The translations under genes and the position numbers were made by a program. From an uncultured Acidobacteriota bacterium (lineage in GTDB: Bacteria > Acidobacteriota > UBA6911): a stretch of 64,000 bases of DNA. The DNA lies in the NCBI GenBank assembly GCA_963718845.1, contig CAVRAD010000009.1, positions 125,171-189,170 of the forward strand. The letters run 5' to 3'. This document shows positions 18,308 through 31,187 of the stretch, in pieces (positions within the stretch are counted from its first letter, which is position 1; each line of letters begins with the position of its first letter). Below the pieces are notes generated by a model. That model ran no database searches. It was not told the origin of the DNA and worked only from the letters and a program-made list of their open reading frames with translations.

Positions 18308-18382
18308 CGGTTACAAGTTAACAGGTTTACAGGTTGCAGGATAAAACCTGGAATTTGTAACCTGGAACTTGAAACTTGGAAC
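18308..18382. repeat. ACAGGTT-type heptamer hairpin.
   Basis: ggttacaagttaacaggtttacaggttgcagg...aacctggaatttgtaacctggaacttgaaacttggaacc. Confidence 0.8.
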
Positions 18383-18418
18383 CGAAGATCCGGAGAATAG
18401 CGGTTAAGAGATCAATCC

Positions 18419-19699
18419 ATGATTGAAGAAATTGAAGCACTGGCCGGACGCTATCCGGACATTCCCATCGAAGCGGTTTTCAAAGAAGACCTGCTGCGGC
18501 GGGGAATGGCCTGGACTGCGGAAGCCCTCGAGATCGCCGCGCATTTTAAGCGGAAGGCCTACTTCATCTTTTCTTTTGACATGATCCCGATATCCGGGAT
18601 GGAAAGGAAAGAGCACTCGAAAGCTCCGGAAGAAGTCCGTCTGGCGGGCGGCCCCTATAATTTCCAGCCCGTGATCGTGTCAGTTCGCCTGAATCCCGCT
18701 TCGCCGTATTGCGTCGTATCCGAAGAAGGTTCGCTCGTCCTGAAGATGGATGGACAGGCCGTAGCCGAAGTGCAGCTTCAGAAATCTCCGGAGTATTACG
18801 GGAGAACGCTTGCGAGCGGCAAGCCGATTACGGACATCGCGCCCGCAATCGAATGGGGATATCTCCTGTATCTGACAGCATTCCGCCTTTGCCAGTATTT
18901 CGGGGCCCAGGAGGAGTGCCAGTTCTGCGACATCAATGAAAACTATCGCCAGCAGAAAAAATCCGGCAGACCCTATACTCCGGTGAAATCCGTGGAAGAA
19001 ATCGTCGAAGCCATGGAGATCATTGCCTCCGCCGATAGCGACAGCAGAGCCTATACCGTAACCGGCGGGAGCATTACGGGGACACTGGACGGGATGTCCG
19101 AGATCGATTTTTACATCCGTTATCCGGAAGCGATAGAAAAACGTTGGCCCGGCCGCTGGATCAGCAAGGTGGTCGTGCAGGCGCTCCCTAAGGATGAAGT
19201 GCAGAGGCTGAGGGACGTCGGCGTTCAGATCTATCATCCTAATTTTGAGATATGGGATAAACGCCTCTTTGAGCTCTATTGTCCGGGCAAATCCAGATAC
19301 GTCGGCCGCGAAGAATGGATCCGGCGGATATTGGATGCGGCTGCGGTGTTCGGGCCGGACCATGTGATTCCCAATTTCGTAGCGGGAGTGGAGATGGCTT
19401 TGCCTGCCGGATTTCTTGACGTCGACGAGGCGATCGCATCGACTACGGAGGGTCTCGAATTTTTCATGAGTCATGGCGTATCTCCCAGGTTTACAACCTG
19501 GTGTCCGGAACCTATGAGCGTTCTGGGAAAGAATCAGCCGGGAGCGCCGCTGGAATACCACGTCCGGCTGCTCCGAGCGTATCGCGATACGCGGGCAAAA
19601 TATCGGCTTCCGCCTCCCGCCGGGTATGGCGAGCCCGGACTTGGGAAAGCGGTTTTTTCCGTCTCTTCGTTTATGGATGTCCTTCCGCCTCTTAGATAG
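18419..19699 (+). CDS. Hypothetical protein with a Cx8CxxC motif, possibly a non-canonical radical-SAM-like or other Fe-S enzyme.
   Basis: A 426-aa intact ORF with LCQYFGAQEECQFCDI as its only cysteine cluster. I do not recognise the family. Confidence 0.4.
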   Translation: MIEEIEALAGRYPDIPIEAVFKEDLLRRGMAWTAEALEIAAHFKRKAYFIFSFDMIPISGMERKEHSKAPEEVRLAGGPYNFQPVIVSVRLNPASPYCVVSEEGSLVLKMDGQAVAEVQLQKSPEYYGRTLASGKPITDIAPAIEWGYLLYLTAFRLCQYFGAQEECQFCDINENYRQQKKSGRPYTPVKSVEEIVEAMEIIASADSDSRAYTVTGGSITGTLDGMSEIDFYIRYPEAIEKRWPGRWISKVVVQALPKDEVQRLRDVGVQIYHPNFEIWDKRLFELYCPGKSRYVGREEWIRRILDAAAVFGPDHVIPNFVAGVEMALPAGFLDVDEAIASTTEGLEFFMSHGVSPRFTTWCPEPMSVLGKNQPGAPLEYHVRLLRAYRDTRAKYRLPPPAGYGEPGLGKAVFSVSSFMDVLPPLR

Positions 19700-19701
19700 A
19701 A

Positions 19702-20535
19702 ATGCCTGAAATGCCCGAAGTCGAAACCATAGCGCGCAGACTCCGCAAGAGAATTGTCGGTAAGAGCATTTCTCATGTCCGTCTTTCAGGATTTTCTCTC
19801 CGCAGACCGCTGGATGGCGGGTTTGAGGACAATCTTCGGGGTCGAACCATACGGCGCATAATGCGGCGCGGAAAATACCTCGTCGTCGCGCTCGATCCGA
19901 GTGCATTTTGGCTGATCCATCTGGGAATGAGCGGAAGAATTTTGTATCATGCCCGTCCGGAAGCCGGAGACAAACATACACACGTCACGGTCAGGTTTTC
20001 CGATTTCACGGAGCTGGAGTATCGCGATCCGCGCCGGTTTGGACTCATGGCTGTGTATGACGTGCCGCGGCTGAGCATGATTCCGGAAATCAGAGCGCTG
20101 GGAAGAGATCCATTGAACTCTGGTTTCAATGGCAGCTGGCTTGAATTGCAGTTGAAGAAGAGCCGGCAGGAAATAAAGCCTTTTCTTCTGGATCAACGGA
20201 AGGTTGCCGGGCTTGGAAATATTTATGTTTGCGAATCCCTGTTCCTGGCGCAGATTCACCCGCAGCGCCGCTGCGGAACGATCACCGGAGGCGAAACGGC
20301 GCGGCTTGCGGACGCCATACGCGAAGTCCTGCGGAACTCGATCCGACGCCACGGGACCAGCTTTTCGGATTTTGTGGATTCCGACGGGAACCCTGGAGAA
20401 AACCAAAACCATTTAATGGTATTTCAAAGAGACGGGCAGGAGTGCATCCGGTGCAGGACGCCGATAGGGAGATTCCTGCAGGGAAACCGCAGTACGTTTT
20501 ATTGCTGTATTTGCCAGCGGAAAAAAGGAGATTAA
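19702..20535 (+). CDS. mutM: Formamidopyrimidine-DNA glycosylase.
   Basis: MPELPEVE-type N-terminus (PEMPEVETIARRL), H2TH domain, and a C-terminal zinc finger CIRCRTPI...CCICQ. Confidence 0.9.
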   Translation: MPEMPEVETIARRLRKRIVGKSISHVRLSGFSLRRPLDGGFEDNLRGRTIRRIMRRGKYLVVALDPSAFWLIHLGMSGRILYHARPEAGDKHTHVTVRFSDFTELEYRDPRRFGLMAVYDVPRLSMIPEIRALGRDPLNSGFNGSWLELQLKKSRQEIKPFLLDQRKVAGLGNIYVCESLFLAQIHPQRRCGTITGGETARLADAIREVLRNSIRRHGTSFSDFVDSDGNPGENQNHLMVFQRDGQECIRCRTPIGRFLQGNRSTFYCCICQRKKGD

Positions 20536-20537
20536 CG

Positions 20538-20738
20538 ATGGCTGAATCGTATCGAAGATGCTCGCATTGCAAAGGAACGGGGAAATGCCGCGCCTGTCAC
20601 GGGGAGGGCCGGTTGGCGCTGCAAAAGGGAAAAGTGTGCACTTTCTGCCAGCCGTACGGCAGCGGGAAATGCCAGAACTGCAAAGGCCTTGGTGGTTACG
20701 ATGCAGCCGGCAATCCGGCACCCAAACCTGAGAATTAG
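20538..20738 (+). CDS. Small DnaJ-type zinc-finger protein (four CxxC motifs).
   Basis: MAESYRRCSHCKGTGKCRACHGEGRL...CTFCQPYGSGKCQNCKGLGG is a CxxCxGxG-type repeat. It starts 3 nt after the mutM stop. Confidence 0.55.
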   Translation: MAESYRRCSHCKGTGKCRACHGEGRLALQKGKVCTFCQPYGSGKCQNCKGLGGYDAAGNPAPKPEN

Positions 20739-20739
20739 G

Positions 20740-20855
20740 AATGACGAATTACGAATTACGAATGACGATTTGAAACATACATTGTGGATAGAGGTTAATC
20801 CTTCGCTGCAATGTATTTTTTCATTCGTAATTCGTAATTCGTAATTCGTAATTTT
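20740..20855. repeat. TTACGAA-type heptamer hairpin with a ~50-nt loop.
   Basis: ggaatgacgaattacgaattacgaatgacga...loop...tcattcgtaattcgtaattcgtaattcgtaat. Confidence 0.85.
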
Positions 20856-20858
20856 GCT

Positions 20859-21623
20859 ATGTTTCTAGCTATTGACATTGGAAACACAAACGTCACCCTC
20901 GGTATCTATGAGGGAGAAGTTCTAGGTCCGCGCTGGCGTCTTGCCACGGGACACGACAGGACGCAGGACGAGTATGGCACTTTGATGCTGGGCCTTTTTC
21001 GCCGTGCGAAAATTTCCGCCCGGGATGTGCGCGCGATCGCGATGGCTTCTGTGGTACCGCCTTTGACCGGAACATTTGTAGAAGTCTGCCGTCAATTTCT
21101 CCGCCTGGAACCGCTGGTAGTCGATGGGACATGCCGTACCGGCGTCCGCATCCGATGCGATGATCCGAGCCAGGTGGGTGCCGACAGGATTGTGGATGTG
21201 GCGGCGGGGTACAAGCTTTACGGAGGGCCCGCCTGCATTATCGATTTTGGCACGGCGACTACCTTCGATGCGGTTTCCCCGGAGGGAGACTATCTCGGTG
21301 GCGCCATTGCTCCCGGGATCGGGATTGCATCTCAAGCGCTGTTTGAACACACCGCAAAATTGCCCAAAGTAGACCTTCGATGGCCGCCCTCTGCGATAGG
21401 AAGAAATACCATGCATTCATTGCAGTCGGGGCTCATGTTCGGTTATGTGGGACTCGTCGAGGGTGTTGTATCCCGGTTCCAGAAAGAACTGGGACCCGGC
21501 ACCCGGGTGATTGCAACCGGCGGTCTGGCGGAGGTTATAGCAAAAGAAACAAAAGTTATTTCCATTCTCGCACCATGGCTGACGCTTGACGGACTGCGCA
21601 TCATCCACGACCTTAATTCCTGA
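20859..21623 (+). CDS. coaX: Type III pantothenate kinase.
   Basis: MFLAIDIGNTNVTLGIY...IIDFGTATTFDAV...GRNT. Intact. Confidence 0.9.
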   Translation: MFLAIDIGNTNVTLGIYEGEVLGPRWRLATGHDRTQDEYGTLMLGLFRRAKISARDVRAIAMASVVPPLTGTFVEVCRQFLRLEPLVVDGTCRTGVRIRCDDPSQVGADRIVDVAAGYKLYGGPACIIDFGTATTFDAVSPEGDYLGGAIAPGIGIASQALFEHTAKLPKVDLRWPPSAIGRNTMHSLQSGLMFGYVGLVEGVVSRFQKELGPGTRVIATGGLAEVIAKETKVISILAPWLTLDGLRIIHDLNS

Positions 21624-21657
21624 TTCCAGATTCCGGATTCCAGATTCTGGATTCCGA
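21615..21657. repeat. GGAATCY-type heptamer hairpin.
   Basis: tgattccagattccggattccagattctggattccga, immediately after the coaX stop. Confidence 0.85.
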
Positions 21658-21705
21658 AATTATTGTGCTAACCATGACTGATTTATCTGACGATAGTAAG
21701 TAATT

Positions 21706-22326
21706 ATGCAGACTCTCGTTTGTTCTTCCAGCTGGCTGGCTGCCGCTCTGTCGGCGGACGCGCTGATTGTATCTCTGTCTGCTTCTGCCGAGCAATTCAC
21801 CGGTTATTCTGCCCAGGAACTTGTCGGCAGGCCGATTACCCAGATCCTGGCCGACCATTCGGCTTTTGAAATGCCGCAAATCCTGAATGCCGCAAAAGAG
21901 TGGGGCAATTGGGAAGGCGAACTCATACATCGCACCCGGAGCGGGCGATCCCTGGAAGCGCGCGGCGCAGTGACGTCGCTGGCAGGCAAGGGAAACTTGC
22001 CTGCTGGATTTCTACTGGTATCAAACCTGAATAGAACTCCGTCGATGAATGCGTGTGATAGTGCGGTTGTGGCCGATATTTCGGCCAGCCTGAGAGGGTT
22101 TGTCCATGACCTGAACAATCCTCTAGCTGTGATCATGGGATTTGCTCAACTGCTGGAATTGAACTCCGACTGCAACGGTAAGGTTCAAGCCGATATCAAA
22201 AAAATTTCTGAAGAGCTGAAGAATGTAGTCCGCATTGTCGAGAGATTGCACGGGTACGCAATCTCTCTGGATGATAAGCCTAAGAGTTTGATTCCAGATT
22301 CAGGAATTCTGACTCCTGAATTCTGA
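21706..22326 (+). CDS. PAS-domain plus HisKA (DHp) protein with no HATPase domain; its C-terminus is encoded by heptamer repeats.
   Basis: PAS-like region, then the H-box FVHDLNNPLAVIMGFAQLL. The ORF ends inside the gattccagattcaggaattctgactcctgaattctga repeat (aa ...SLIPDSGILTPEF). Confidence 0.6.
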   Translation: MQTLVCSSSWLAAALSADALIVSLSASAEQFTGYSAQELVGRPITQILADHSAFEMPQILNAAKEWGNWEGELIHRTRSGRSLEARGAVTSLAGKGNLPAGFLLVSNLNRTPSMNACDSAVVADISASLRGFVHDLNNPLAVIMGFAQLLELNSDCNGKVQADIKKISEELKNVVRIVERLHGYAISLDDKPKSLIPDSGILTPEF

Positions 22327-22343
22327 CTCCTGAATTCTGTCTT

Positions 22344-24270
22344 TTAGTAATAGGACTGCCGCGCAACCTCGTCTAAAGATTTTGAATTGATGCGAATCTT
22401 CCCCGCCTTTTCCAGCTCTTCGTAAATTCTGCGGATGTAATCCTGGAAATAAATATCCTGGCTCGATTTGAGCAGCTTCGCTTTCAATTCCGCCTTTCCC
22501 TGCTGGAATGCTGTTTCATCAAACGGGGAACGGGATTTAACCTGAAGCACAGCGGCATTCTCCGACAGCGGCACAGGAGAACTCACGCCTCCCTGCGGCA
22601 AATCGAAGGCGACCCTGTTGAAGGGGGTATTCGCGCCGATCTCGGCGTCCGGCGTCCCGGAGATATTAAAGGGCTGGCTAGCTTTGGTGCTCAAGCCCAT
22701 CTCTTTTGCGGCCTTTTCCAGACTGCCTTGCGTGCGTGCAGTGTCTGATAGCTTTTTCGCGGCCGCCTGCATCAGCTCTGTCGCTTTGGCGTCGATGTAA
22801 TCTTTCTCGATTTGGCTCTGGAATTGAGCGAAATCCCCGGGCTTGGGCATCTGCACCTCGATTAGTTTGGGGATGGCAAGACCCAGCGGGTGTTCCACTG
22901 GTTTTCCGATGGCATTGATTTCCTTAAGGGCGAAGACTTCGTCTCTCAGGGCTTGAGAGCCGAAGAGATCGAAAGAACTGTCATCCTTGGTGAAGAGGGG
23001 CGTTTCTTTGACTTCCGCTGCTATCCCCAGATTGTTGGCAGCCAGGTTGAGATTCTTGTTCTTCTGCAAAAGCTGCACAGCCGCTGCGGCCTTTTCTTTT
23101 GCCAGATCCTGTGCCTTTCTGCTTTGAACGGCCATCATCAGTTGAGGGCGGCTCGCTTCGAAAACAGGCGTTTCATGCCGCATGGCCTGAATGATGTGGT
23201 ACCCGTACTGCGTACGCACTAGTCCGGAGGTTTCGCCGACCTTCAACGCGAAAGCGGCATCCTCAAACTCCTTGACCATCTGGCCGCGCTGGAAAGGCCC
23301 GAGATATCCTCCCTGTGCCGCGCTGCCCGTATCCTGGGAATATTGTTTGGCGAGAGCTGCAAAATTCCCGCCGCTTTTCAGCTTTTTAAGGACCTCCTCG
23401 GCTTTCGCTTTAGCCTCGGCGTCTTTGGATTCATCGCCGACCTGGAGCAATATATGGGCCGCTTCCACCGTTTCCGCGTGCGGCTTCTTATTCCATTCCT
23501 CAAGAATTTCCTGATCGGTCACTTTGATGCCGGGAAGCATTTGTGCGACCGGGATCAGCAGATATTGCGCCTTGCGTTTCTCTTTTATCTGGTAAGAGGC
23601 TTTGTGATCTTCGAAATATGCGCGCAGATCCGCTTCGACCGGTTTCACGCGCGCTTTAAAATCCTGCTTTTTAAGGATGGCGTAATACACTTCGGCCTGC
23701 TCATTGGAGCGGGAAAATTCCTGCCGCAGTTCCTTGTCGCTCACGTCAATGGAATCCGTGATGACCGCCCGAAACTTGCTGATAAGCTGGGATTGGCGCA
23801 GATCTTTTTCGAAATTTTCGACGGAGAGATCGTTTGCCGCGAGAAGATCCTTGTACCGATCGATCCCGATAAACTTGCCCTGATCCTGGAAATACGGATA
23901 CGCTTCAATGGTGCGGCTGACCTCATTCGGCGTGACGTCTGATGCCGAGTCGTTGGGCGGCCATCTCGACCAGCTTGGAGGTTATCATTTCATTCAGCAC
24001 CTGCTGAGGGACTCCCATAGCCTTGAGGGTTTCGGGATCGGTTTTGTTTTTGCCCCCGTTACTGTAACTCTTTACGGTTCTGTGATATTCGAGGGCAAAA
24101 TCCGCGATCGTGATGGATTGGCCATCGACCGTAGCTGCGGAATTATCCGTTGTGACATTCTGCATGTCGAAGCCGGGCACAAAAAAGAGAAGCATGCCCA
24201 AGGCCAAGCTGAAGATTACAAACCATAGAATTACTTTTAGCCGCTTTTTACGGCGCATTAAATCCAGCAT
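22344..24270 (-). CDS. ppiD: Periplasmic chaperone / parvulin-type peptidyl-prolyl isomerase (PpiD-like), membrane-anchored. Frameshift near 23925.
   Basis: N-terminal TM segment (ORF 23923..24270), a SurA-N-like region, and a parvulin domain AAHILLQV...[23 protein letters not shown]...GYHIIQ. Reading continuity is restored in the +1 frame ([23 protein letters not shown]...). Confidence 0.75.
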
Positions 24271-24319
24271 AGGAAGATGCTGCCTCCATTCAGTGGAATA
24301 AAAAACGTGATTATAGCAT

Positions 24320-24590
24320 ACGATTCCAAATTACGGATTCCAGATTCCTGATTCCTGATTGAAGATTGCATGCAGCGATTAGGGAGAATCCTGAAATATT
24401 AGCAATTTACCAAGAACGACACCCAGATCCCGATGTAGTTTGCTGAATCTGGAATCTGGAATCTGGATGGAAGACCTCATGCGACGATCAGAGAGAATCC
24501 TGAAATATGAGCAATTTACCAAGAGCGACACCCGGATCCGGATGTAGCTCTTGTCCGGAATCTCGAATCCGGAATCCGGAATTATTTAAT
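24320..24590. repeat. Composite repeat: GGAATCY heptamer arms flanking two tandem copies of a conserved ~62-nt element.
   Basis: Copy 1 at ~24375-24440 (gcgattagggagaatcctgaaatattagcaatttaccaagaacgacacccagatcccgatgtag). Copy 2 at ~24487-24552 (gacgatcagagagaatcctgaaatatgagcaatttaccaagagcgacacccggatccggatgtagc). About 90% identical, each flanked by gattcc/ggaatc arrays. Confidence 0.8.
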
Positions 24591-24730
24591 ACCCAACTCA
24601 AGCCTTTCCGATGAGATTTAGGAGCGCACGGTCTTCCTGTGTTGATGTGCGTTTATTCTCAAATGCTTTCGCTGTTTTTTGAGGCATTGCGGCAATTCTC
24701 AAAATCGAGAGCCCTGGTTTATTCAGCGGC

Positions 24731-25503
24731 ATGAATATGGATCGCAGCCTGAGTGATTTTTTGCGTCATCCCGCCAAAAAAGGGTGGAATGGCATATTTA
24801 TTGTTGCGGGCATATGTGTGCTGTCCGCAGCGGCCCTTGTCAGTCTGATTCTTTATCGCTCAAATAGCAGTCTGGATATGACGCGCGCGGAAGCAAAGGC
24901 CAAGGGTCCCGTAGCGGAACTGGTTTCGGCAACGGGAATGGTATTAACAGGTAAACCCGGCCGGGCTGAATGGAATCAGATAGCGGTCGGCGCGCGCCTG
25001 ATGGAAGGAGACCTGATCCAGACGGATAAATCCGGCGGAGCCGGCATCCGATATTCCAACGGCAATACCGTTACCATTCAGGAGAATACCGTTTTGACGG
25101 TTCGAAGTGCCGGAGATGGCAGCATGGAAATCGGCGTGCCTTCGGCGGAAAATACTCCGCCTTCCTCCGGCTCTGGGCAGGAGCATGAGTCTTCCTCTCC
25201 GACGGCAGCGGAAGATAGAGCTGCCGTCGCCGCTTTCAATAAGGCGAGAGCTGGCGAGCCGGGTCCCTTCATACGATTAGACCGCATCGTGCCGTTTGGC
25301 AGGAGCCTGGAGCTGGTGGGGAACGTCGAAGCGGGGAGCAGATTGTCTGTAAACAATGAAAGCGTGGACGTGACCGGGGATGGATCATTTAAGCACTTCA
25401 CAAATCCTTTCTCCTGTTTCCGTGGGGAAGGCCAATCTTGTGATGAAGGTGACGGACCTTGCAGGGCGCACGCGTGTTGTTGCGGCCATTCACGACTTTA
25501 ATT
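24731..25503 (+). CDS. FecR-domain membrane protein. Frameshift near 25405.
   Basis: N-terminal TM segment and a FecR-like beta domain (MEGDLIQTDKSGGAGIRYSNGNTVTIQENTVLTV). The C-terminus continues in another frame as PVSVGKANLVMKVTDLAGRTRVVAAIHDFNSRGGDN*. Confidence 0.55.
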
Positions 25504-25521
25504 CACGCGGCGGGGATAATT

Positions 25522-27944
<2,423 letters not shown>

Positions 27945-27955
<11 letters not shown>

Positions 27956-28799
27956 ATTGACGGCGAGTGCAAATAAGGAACGGGCCGTTTTGGTGCTGAT
28001 GCCGCTGCTTGTTCTGCATCTCGCCCTGCTTTCGATTCAAATAGAAAGCTCTTCCGGTACATTGCTTTTTAAAACCTGGACGCTTGCCGTGCAGGCCCCG
28101 CTCCTTTCTCTTTCTTCGAATATAACGGGCGGGATCGGGCGCGTGTGGCACAATTACATCTGGACGGTGGGAGCCCGGGCCGAAAATGAACAGTTGCTGC
28201 AGACGGTGCACAAGCTCCTGCTGATAAATAACTCCTATGCACAATCGCAAAAAGAAAATGAACGATTGCGCCAGCTGCTTTCGCTGAACGATCGCCTGGA
28301 ATTCCGATCGGTCGGCGCCCGGGTTGTCGCCCGAACCCCGGGTTTTCTGTCCAATCTGGTTTATATCGACCGCGGTTCGGAAGAAGGGGTGCACACCGAT
28401 GCTGCCGTGCTTTCCGGTGACGGCATTATAGGCAGGGTGATCCTTGTCACGAAACATCAGTCCCAGGTGCAGTTGATCTCGAATCCGGATGCATCCATCG
28501 GCGCGCTGTTGGAGCAAACACGGACTCCGGGAGTACTGCGGGGATCAGGCGATGCTTTGCTGGAAATGGCGTATGTCGGCAACGCGGAGCCGGTGAAAGT
28601 CGGGGATATTGTCGTAAGCTCGGGACTGGAAGGGATTTATCCCAAAGGCCTGCCCATCGGAAAAGTTGTTGACTCACGCAAAGGCAAGGGTGTATTCCGT
28701 TTCATAAAGGTTGAGCCTCGGGTTGACCTGATTCGGGTTGAAGAGGTATCCGTGCTGCTCAATGAACGCAAGTCTTTGGAGGGAGTGACCGGGCAGTAA
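27945..28799 (+). CDS. mreC: Rod-shape-determining protein MreC.
   Basis: N-terminal TM segment, a coiled coil, and the MreC beta domains (…VVSSGLEGIYPKGLPIGKV). Confidence 0.85.
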
Positions 28800-28832
28800 T
28801 CCATATTACTTTCGGCCCTCAATCCGGATGCT

Positions 28833-29321
28833 ATGAAGTATTTATTCCTGGCTCTGTCGTCCTTTCTGGCGATCATTGCGCAGATGATTGCAGGGGACAA
28901 CTTTTTCCTGTTTAACTTTCTTGACCTGTCGCTGATCCTTATTGCCTATTGGGCAATTTACCGGAGCAGGATTCAGGCGCTTTTCGTCGGCGCATTGACC
29001 GGACTGCTTCTGGATGCCGCGCTGGGCTGGCCGCTCGGATATAATGGATTCGGCAGGACTCTGGCTGCATTCATGATCGGGCAGTGCTGGAAAAGGTTCA
29101 ACACGATGGAGCAGCCCTGGGTGAGGTTCACGATTATTGCGGCCTCTTCCTGCCTGAGCTCGCTGAGCGTTTTTATCTTGTTCTGGCTCCTGCAGCGATC
29201 CATGAACCGGATCTTCCTGGGGGCTTCCGTTTTGCAGGCATTCATTACGGCGGCCGTTGCGGTTATTGTGTTCGCTGCTTTCGAAACCTACAAGAGAAGT
29301 CAAACGAACAAAGTGCACTGA
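28833..29321 (+). CDS. mreD: Rod-shape-determining protein MreD.
   Basis: A 162-aa polytopic membrane protein directly after mreC. Confidence 0.75.
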   Translation: MKYLFLALSSFLAIIAQMIAGDNFFLFNFLDLSLILIAYWAIYRSRIQALFVGALTGLLLDAALGWPLGYNGFGRTLAAFMIGQCWKRFNTMEQPWVRFTIIAASSCLSSLSVFILFWLLQRSMNRIFLGASVLQAFITAAVAVIVFAAFETYKRSQTNKVH

Positions 29322-29328
29322 GCGAGAT

Positions 29329-31187
29329 GTGGCCCTGCAGCAGGAATCCAACCGGCAACTGATCCAGCAACGGCTGAATTTATTCCGCCTTCCTGTCGCA
29401 TTGATCTTTCTGATCCTTGCGGCACGTCTATGGCAGCTGCAGATCATTCAAGGCTCCGAATACGGGCTTCGGGCGGAACGCAACCGGATTCGCACAATCC
29501 AGCTGGTTGCTCCTCGCGGCACCATAGCCGATCGCAACAATACTCCGCTGGTCGAAAACCGGCCCTCCTTTAACGTTGTGCTGTACCGCGAGTGGATGGA
29601 GAACCGGGAAAACACCGCCCGGTTCATCACGGATAAACTTGGTGTCACGCGGGAAGATCTGGAAGCGCGTCTGCGCCGCGGCAAAAATACCGGCCTCTAT
29701 CATCCCATCGTTCTGAAGGAAGACGTTGGAATGGCGGACATCTCGGTCATTGAAGCGCACAAGCGCGATCATCCGGAAGTCCAGCTGAGTACCGAGCCGC
29801 GCAGGTTGTATCATTACGGCAGACTTGCCGCGCATCTGCTGGGGTATGTCGGTGAGATTTCGGAAAAGGAACTGGCTTCAAATATGTTTCCCGGCTCGGT
29901 GTCCGGTTCCCAGATCGGGCAGAGCGGCGTGGAAAGAACGTACAACAGGATTCTGTTCGGCAAAGATGGGTCGCGCCAGGTTCTGGTCAACAGCATGGGG
30001 CAGGAAGTCGGCCGTCTGGAGGAAATAGATTCTGTTATAGGCGGCGAGATTCAGCTGACGCTGGACCTGGATCTTCAGTCTGTTGCCGAAAAAGCCCTGG
30101 AAGATAAAGTCGGAGCGATCGTTGCCATGGATCCGCGCAACGGTGAAATCCTTGCGATGGCGAGCGCCCCCTCCTTCGATCCCAACGATTTTTCGACGCG
30201 CATATCCGAGGAAAAATGGGCGGAGCTGATCGATCACCCGGACCGGCCGATGCAGAACCGGGCTATCCAGAACAGCTATTCACCCGGTTCCATATTCAAG
30301 CTGATCATGGCGGACGCAGGTCTTGAAGAGGGCCTGCTTGAGGATAATCCGGCGGTGACCTGCAAGGGGGCGGCCAATTATTATGGCCGGACATTCCACT
30401 GCTGCGCAAAAGGATGGACATGGACCGCTTCGTCTGGAGCAGGCAATCGCTAAATCGTGCAACATCTTTTTCTATGAGTTGGGCCGGAGGCTCGGGATTT
30501 CCAAAATTGCGGAGCACGCACAGGCTTTGGGCTTGGGTTTGCAGACTGGCATCGATCTGCCGGGCGAGCGCGCGGGAGTCATGCCCAGCCCGGAATGGAA
30601 AATGAAAGCGCGCCGGTCCAAATGGTATGCAGGGGAGACGATATCCGTTTCGATCGGGCAGGGCGCTGTGAGCACGACGCCGATGCAGATGCTTCGCGCC
30701 GTGAGCGCCCTGGCAACCGATGGCTTGCTCACGACTCCGCATGTGCTGTTGCGCGCAGAAGGCAGCCGCGGAAAATAGTCTGAAATGGCCTGGGCGTCGG
30801 ATTCCCATCGGCTCAGAGAATGCGCGCCGGATACGGCAGGGAATGTGGGAGAGCGTCAATAACTATGGGACGGGGCATAATGCCGCAATCCCCGGGCTGG
30901 ATATTTGCGGAAAAACCGGCACCGTCCAGGTAATCAGCAATGAAGGGAAACGGCAATCAGGCGAAGACTTTGAAGACCATTCCTGGTTCGCAGGCTTTGC
31001 CAGCAGAGATAATCCAGAAATAGCGCTGGTCGTTTTCCTCGAACATGGAGGGAAAGGAGGCGTCGCGGCGGCTCCACTTGCCAGGCAGATTTTTGGCGCA
31101 TATTACGATAAAAAGAAAAACAAAACGGCCATCGGCGACCTGTCACGGAATGCGGGCCGACGGCGGCCAGTCACGGCTTTCCCATGA
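29329..31187 (+). CDS. mrdA: Penicillin-binding protein 2 (elongasome transpeptidase). Frameshifts near 30400 and 30760.
   Basis: ORF 29257..30453 (dimerisation domain), ORF 30383..30778 (...AIAKSCNIFFYELG...) and ORF 30720..31187 (...KTGT...) carry the SxxK/SxN/KTG transpeptidase elements. The stop overlaps the rodA ATG (ATGA). Confidence 0.85.

Noticed and set aside
24320-24590. Considered whether the tandem ~62-nt copies with intervening sequence, or other regular repeats, are a CRISPR array.
   Set aside because: Only two copies. The conserved parts are the 'spacers' (loops) while the flanks are degenerate heptamer arrays. No cas genes are present. The heptamer arrays elsewhere have 7-nt periodicity, not 28-37-nt repeats with unique spacers.
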